From: Anthoceros angustus
Lineage: Eukaryota; Plantae; Anthocerotophyta
Length of the DNA: 64,000 nt
Reading direction: 5' to 3'
Assembly (NCBI GenBank): GCA_010909165.1
Contig: VJWM01000025.1
Location: forward strand, 124,001-188,000
A program made the position numbers and the translations under genes. Positions 59,196 to 64,000 of this stretch are shown one piece after another. Each line of letters starts with the position of its first letter. Position 1 is the first letter of the stretch. Below the pieces are notes generated by a model. It ran no database searches. It was not told the DNA's origin and saw nothing but the letters and a program-made list of their open reading frames with translations.

Positions 59196-62100
59196 AATAC
59201 CTATAAGTGCCCATAAAGGTTTTTAGGTTAAAGGATGCTCAATGAGGCGGATACGCCGCAACTTCAACAAGTAACAAGGTGGCAAGTGCATGCCTGTAAC
59301 AAGCACTCAAGGTGGCAAGAGATCGACCTCCACCGGTTTGCATGCATACGGTCCGCAATAAAATCCATAAGAACACAAAGACAAGGCCACACCGCGCCAA
59401 GAGGGAGAGAAGATCCGGCAGATATTGGCAGCCATTTCGAGGCGGCATACCATGGAGCACGTTTCATTGCTGCTGGTCATATCAGTCACATGGTGCGGGC
59501 AGACATCGAGGGGAACAGGCTGGTCATTCGTCCGCCGGCACGGTGCGCAACAGGGCAGCCCCCACAATTTGAATTAAGCAGCAATCCGTGGCAGTAGGGA
59601 GTGTGTAGGTTCAATATAGCATTCCGCATCTGATATTGACTTTTGCCGGTATGGCTCGTGACCGTGATGTGAAGAAGCATACACCACGTGACATTTCTTC
59701 CCCATCGCAGTGCCAACAACATCCAATCGGCGCGCATGCCGTTGTCGCTATCCCATACCTGTTAGACTCGTTGTTTTCTACTTTTGCGAGGGAACAACCA
59801 CTCGTCCGCAAGAAATGTATAGGTTTTTCCATGCAAGCGTGGTTGATCAGGAAGACGAAGAATCGACCTCGTTGTTGTGCAGGATGGGAGGAGAACTGAC
59901 GTCCAGGCTCGGGCAAACCCACACCCTTCCGAGGTGTGCACTTACCGCCTGCCATAGCTTCTGAGTTCTCCGATACTTCGTTTCAGTTCCTGAACATCGG
60001 TTGGTATTCGCAATCGATCGGGCTTGAAGGATTGAAATACCTGCTTGCCTGCAATCCGGTGGAAGTGTGGCGAGGTTATGGACGTGCATCCCCAGGGCGT
60101 GAGCTTGCGTCCCAAACTTACGACCTTGCTTGGACACCGCAGGATTAGCCAATTCGATGGTCCCCGCCGTGATGTATGGTTGGTGACGTCGGGACCCCAC
60201 CCATAACATGTTCATATCGTTGTGGTGGATGGTTGTAGCTATAGTGTGATGCATAGTGCACTCCTTTGTAGGCTATCTTTGAATTCCCGATTGAAAGTGA
60301 GCAACCGCGTCGATGCAATTGCCTAGTATGACCATTGCGCGCGCCCACATGCCCTCCTACTTGTTTTCGATCGACATATCCGCCGCCGCCGTAGGCATGG
60401 TAGCGCTTTGATTTCCACGGCCGGAGTTTGGGGAGAAATGGAAATGCAGGGATCCGCATCACCGTAAGTCGGTGCTAACTGCTGTGGCATATGGGAGGAT
60501 TTCATCCCACGATGAAGTTCCGGATTCCCAAGAAGCTTTTGAAGGGGGAATCTCGGTGGCCATCGTGTTGCTCGCTTGGTCGCTGCATTGCACGAGGTAT
60601 GGGCAGGAACTTTGTCGCAGAGGCGGTGTGCTTCCTCCCCACAATGTTTCGCAAAGATGGGCCAAGGGCCAGGGTGGAATAGACAACACCGAACTGGTCC
60701 GAGCTTTGCTGAAAACACGGGGAGTAGGGTGGATTCAAGAGCAACGTGGCACTCAGAAGCGAAGATATGGAGCACGGGAAGCCAAAGCCTCCATCTACAT
60801 TGACCTTGGGCTTGACCGTCCCGAGGCATAAGAAGTTCATGGAAGCACAGCGCAAACGGTGAAAGTGGAGCGACTTGCCGTTGTCTCGAGGAAGAAAATG
60901 TGCATGTAAGTGGCTGCGCCCGGATCTTCTCGCAAAGGGATGATTTCATCGAGTTCACCAATACACTGAACAAGGAACAAGTATGTCGAGGCCCAAAGCC
61001 TGGCCTGAGGAGAAGAGGGTAGGCAAAAATTGACAGCAGATTTTCAGCCCACTAGTGATGAAAGGGTATGGGGAGATTCTCACATGGGCACGGGTTGAAC
61101 TCAGCAAAGATGGAAATTTTTGCCATCCAAGGCATCACTTGCTAAGACTGATCGAGAAATCAAATGGAGAAGGGCCCAATCCATGGGGCCAAGGACGAGG
61201 ATGGGTTTTAAGTTCCAAGAGAAGTATGGGAGGGAGCCAACCGACGAGTGTGATTTTGGATCACTCCGCCCACTAACAAAAATGGGAACTATGGGAGGGA
61301 GCGGAGTCGTCCGAAGTTTTTGAAATCCCGAGGGTATGCATCGGGCCAAGCGAGACGCCACGAAGAGAAATGGGTCAAAGCATTCACGAAAATCGCAATA
61401 ATTGATCCGGATTCTAAGGTAGCATACGACGACGCCCGCCGGATGGTGGGGAAAACAAGGATGAAGAAGAAGGGATCACGAAGGTGATTCGAATGAAGAG
61501 GAAACAGCCGTGAAGTTAATGCGGAGGCAAAGACAACGAGGATGGGGACGCAATGAGGAGGAGGAAGTGGCGAGGGTGAAAGGACATGGAAAACAACATA
61601 CGGTGGCGTATGGCACAACATCGTAGTCACTAGGAGGAGGCCAATAATTTGACGATGTCGACGCTTGAATCGCAGAAAGTTTCAAGAACAAGGGACATAA
61701 AGCACCATGCCGCCACATTGGAGGGCAGAGTAACGAGGGCACGAGCCGCAGCAGTGACTCAAAGTGCCGCAAGTGCCAAGGGAAAGACAAAGCGAAAGGG
61801 TCAAGGTGCCATGACCAAATTTATATGTCCACATGCATGTCATGTGCTAGGGGTTGATGTGGATTCTTTCTCATGCAACCAGCACGATGTGCATGAGGCG
61901 ATGGCATTCATCAAGAGCGCTCAGATCGCAGAAAAGGCGGCTACAAACCCTCGAGGACCGAAAAAAGAGGGCTAAAAAGGCCATGAGCGATACAGCGTGA
62001 GATACCCAAAGAGTGATTATGATTAGTGCTTGATGATACATCCTGAATTCCGTAGTAGCGATACGTCGCGATAGTATAGTACATGCGAAGTTTTGTGAAT

Positions 62101-63782
62101 TTATATGTATTCTCGCTTAGAGCCACCTATAAAATGCGCATATAATTCATAAATCATGCGAGAATATAATGTGGCTAAGGACATTGTACATGCCACATGG
62201 CAAGTTCACACATGTCGGAGAGAGGCATCAAAACCAATGGAAACCCGAAACCTTTAGATTCAAAATAAAAACTCCGAGCTCGCAGCTTCCAAAACGCAGA
62301 CGCGGCGAACATGAGGGCAGACACGCCCAACACCACGACGACAAGACCAAGGAAACACCGACAAAACCCGGGTTACCGAGCCACACCGGGCCTTACCCCG
62401 CACCTCATAACCGTTATAAGAATTGGTTGTCACAGTCTTCGTGTTACGAGGTTTATTACAGTTCTTAGGTCCGGCAGACCACATGCCTTGTGTAACAAAG
62501 TCATTGTTTACGTAACAAGAAGGCAATATTCCGTAATACTGCAGCATAACAAACAACGCTGTTTCTAGTAGTGGGAGCGGACGCAGGGGGCGGCCCTCTT
62601 ATGCGGAGTTGGAACGGTACCTATGGGAGATGGAACTACCAAACGGACTGAACCGGGTCCAGCGGCAGGCCTTTGTGCACTACGCTCGCCCTTTTCGGCT
62701 GTATAATGGTTGCATCTTTAAGGTGGGGCCGGACGGCGTGGAACGAAGGTACCCAACAAAGTGAGACGAGGTGGTAATAAAGGGATGCAAGGGACTAGGT
62801 GGTGGACATTATGCAACAGCAGTCACCACCAAGAAAATCTTGAGGTCGATCGGTGGCCCACCATGTATGGGGAAACACACCAATTGTGAAGAAGTGTGAT
62901 GCTTGTCATCGGGAAGCCGATTCCACAACAATGGCCGCTAGTGCCCATACTAGCACTAGCGCCTTTTGAGAAGTGGGGCATCGACTTGCTGGACCCATAT
63001 GCCCAACGACAGGCACACACAAAAGCGTACATCTTGGTGGCAACGGACCATCGCACTGTGGGTGGAAGGCGCCAACTAGAACGGACTCGCAAGCACGGTG
63101 GCCAAATTCCTCACGAAACATCATCACAAGGTACGGTGTCCGCTGTACCGGTAAGCGATAGGGGAACCATTTCAATGATGTGATAACCGCAATGACGGAC
63201 TATTTTGGCATCACACATCGAAACGCCCCTACAACCCAAGGCCAACGGATTGACGAGAAGACCAACGGACTTATCTCCGATCCTCAATAAGCTTACGGTT
63301 AACTATGCGCACGATCGATACAAAGCTACCATCGCCGGCGGGCCTTCGTAAGAGAGAAGGTAACTACGCAACAACTCAGACACTTCTATGGGCACTCACC
63401 GTTATGCCGGTAGAGTTTGAGGTGCCAACACTCCGAGTCATGATGGAGAGACGCTTAACGGATGAAGAAAGCCAACTGGAGCGCTTGCTAGGGTTTGTTC
63501 AAAGACACGGAGGGTGGAAGAGGCGCAAATAATGCAATCGGTGTAATCAACGCAATGTGGCATGACAAAGCGCCGGAATCGTGAGTATGTGAAGGAGGGA
63601 GATTTGGCCCTTTACGATGACCATATGCACTTTCCGGCAAACCCACCCACGGTGGATGGGACCTTACCAAGTGGTGTGTATACGCCAAATGGGTCCGCTC
63701 AGCGCTTGGATGGTGAATCGCCACCCGGTGAACGGGTGAAGAAGTATTTATGTGTTGGCGAGACGCCAATGAGAAGGGAGTA

Positions 63783-64000
63783 TGTGGACTGGACTTCCCT
63801 TGGGGTTAAGAAATAAGTAGGGTTTTGTTTTTCAGGTTGGAATAGTAAAATAAGGCGAAAAGGAGGAATAAGCACGGATGGCGCCCATCGCTCGAGTATA
63901 CTCCCGACCGGAGTGGGCAACGACTGACCACTATGGCGGCACCGACCACGGGTAACGGATAAGTCCGGACCCCACTCCGGTCAAAACAGATAAGTACGCC
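63783..64000 (+). repeat. Start of the 3' LTR of the gypsy element
   Basis: TGTGGAC follows the PPT. Shares AGGTTGGAATAGTAAAATAAGGCGAAAAGGAG, GCTCGAGTATACTCC and GATAAGTCCGGACCCCACTC with 37785-38010. Confidence 0.8.

Larger units (their letters stand above)
51820..62573 (+). mobile_element. CACTA (En/Spm) DNA transposon, 10,754 bp, nested in the gypsy pol
   Basis: TIRs CACTACTAGAAGCAG... and ...CTGTTTCTAGTAGTG; 3-bp TSD GGA at 51817-51819 and 62574-62576; Tnp2-type transposase inside. Confidence 0.95.
37785..64000 (+). mobile_element. Athila-like Ty3/gypsy LTR retrotransposon, host of two nested insertions; 3' LTR runs off the window
   Basis: 5' LTR, PBS, gag zinc knuckle CAVCHQHGHSKANC (~41900), protease LDTGSG (~42975), RT (PIVVVPKK, KDHFPMPFVDDILD, FMEVFLDDF; 43700-44560), RNase H (YTTTEREALG; 51280-51700), integrase (PFEKWGID, ILVATD; 62575-63750), PPT GAGAAGGGAG 63771-63780, 3' LTR from 63783. 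Confidence 0.88.

Overview
Eukaryotic plant nuclear DNA, most plausibly a hornwort. This is inferred from the DYW:KP-type PPR proteins ending in GRP; a fern or lycophyte cannot be excluded. Many 1-3 bp deletions look like long-read consensus errors, so several 'frameshifts' may not be real. Left half: a cluster of intronless PLS-class PPR RNA-editing genes with the U-to-C-associated DYW:KP/GRP domain (KPAxA, HAEKLA, CxxC, C-terminal GRP). Two of them carry one or two N-terminal OSB-type 'PDF' ssDNA-binding motifs, which is the most striking observation here. These are interleaved with Ty1/copia remnants and followed by a 2-oxoglutarate dioxygenase, a PPR pseudogene, a decayed MULE transposase, an L-type lectin receptor kinase with a duplicated DFG activation segment, and a partial tandem copy of that kinase. 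Two ~1.8 kb tandem duplications have 9-10 bp microhomology junctions. Right half: an Athila-like Ty3/gypsy element with a ~3 kb LTR, into which a full-length copia (non-canonical TA...TA ends, TSD ACCTG) and a 10.75 kb CACTA transposon (TSD GGA, extra unknown ORFs) have inserted.
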